NCBI GenBank assembly: GCA_965218585.1
Contig: CBDCLE010000024.1
Location: 32,001 to 96,000, forward strand
From: Terriglobia bacterium
GTDB taxonomy: Bacteria; Acidobacteriota; Terriglobia; 20CM-2-55-15
DNA length: 64,000 nucleotides
Direction of reading: 5' to 3'
Of the stretch, positions 63,744 through 64,000 are shown piece by piece. The first letter of the stretch is position 1; every line of letters begins with the position of its first letter. The notes beneath the pieces are model-generated. The model worked only from the letters and a program-made list of their open reading frames with translations. It was not told the DNA's origin and ran no database searches. A program made the translations under genes and the position numbers.

Positions 63744-64000
63744 TTATCTATTTGCTACGATCCTTCTCAGTACTTCGAGTTCGCCCCGGCTATCCACATT
63801 GAGCCAATCAAGCTTCCGATACAGTCCTGGGACATTCGTATAGACGAACAGTTCTTCTGCTTCAATACCTGCGGCTTCAGCTTCTGCTGCCTGGACAAGC
63901 TCGGAGCCTATGCCGACGCCCCGAGATTCTGGTGTAACGAACAGCGCATTGATCCAAAGCCCGGTTTCTTTGCTTCCGGGTTTTGGATACTTTGAAAAAA
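63744..64000 (-). CDS. GNAT acetyltransferase, C-terminal part (start outside the window; absent from the ORF track)
   Basis: Manual translation LWINALFVTPESRGVGIGSELV...LFVYT...LYRKLDW...NR*; acetyl-CoA motif RGVGIG. Confidence 0.8.
   Translation of the reverse strand, partial: FSKYPKPGSKETGLWINALFVTPESRGVGIGSELVQAAEAEAAGIEAEELFVYTNVPGLYRKLDWLNVDSRGELEVLRRIVANR

Noticed and set aside
63711-63995. Plus-strand 94-aa ORF
   Set aside because: The minus strand encodes a clear GNAT C-terminus at the same position.

Overview
Bacterial chromosomal window, GC roughly high-50s % by eye, rich in secreted hydrolases. The gene mix resembles Acidobacteriota or similar uncultured lineages, but this cannot be established from the sequence alone. 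It contains an S9 peptidase, an ABC-2 exporter, ppnN, a heme-oxygenase-like diiron protein, a NarL-type two-component system and an approximately 11 kb copper cluster (multicopper oxidase, TolC, CusF-like, YcnI, CusCBA). It also has a methionine block (SAM-methyltransferase-like gene + core MetE, and sahR-metF-metH with a SahR operator), a CDGSH/Rieske/TPP fusion, larA-DASS-ridA and gdhA. Mobile DNA comprises three IS elements (IS701, IS1380, IS5), a 122-bp MITE and two REP-like palindromes. Nonsense and frameshift lesions and deletion scars are frequent. The key find is hidden by the ORF track. 17747..18607 reads through two in-frame TGA codons, each followed by the same GCGGTCGAC and a perfect GGTC-loop hairpin about 20 nt downstream (bacterial SECIS-like). 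The product is a 286-aa, signal-peptide-bearing MerB (organomercurial lyase)-like protein with both catalytic Cys positions encoded as selenocysteine. It lies directly behind a TlpA-type thiol-disulfide oxidoreductase, which suggests an exported di-selenoenzyme plus dedicated reductase system. All family assignments come from motif recognition by eye; no database searches were run.
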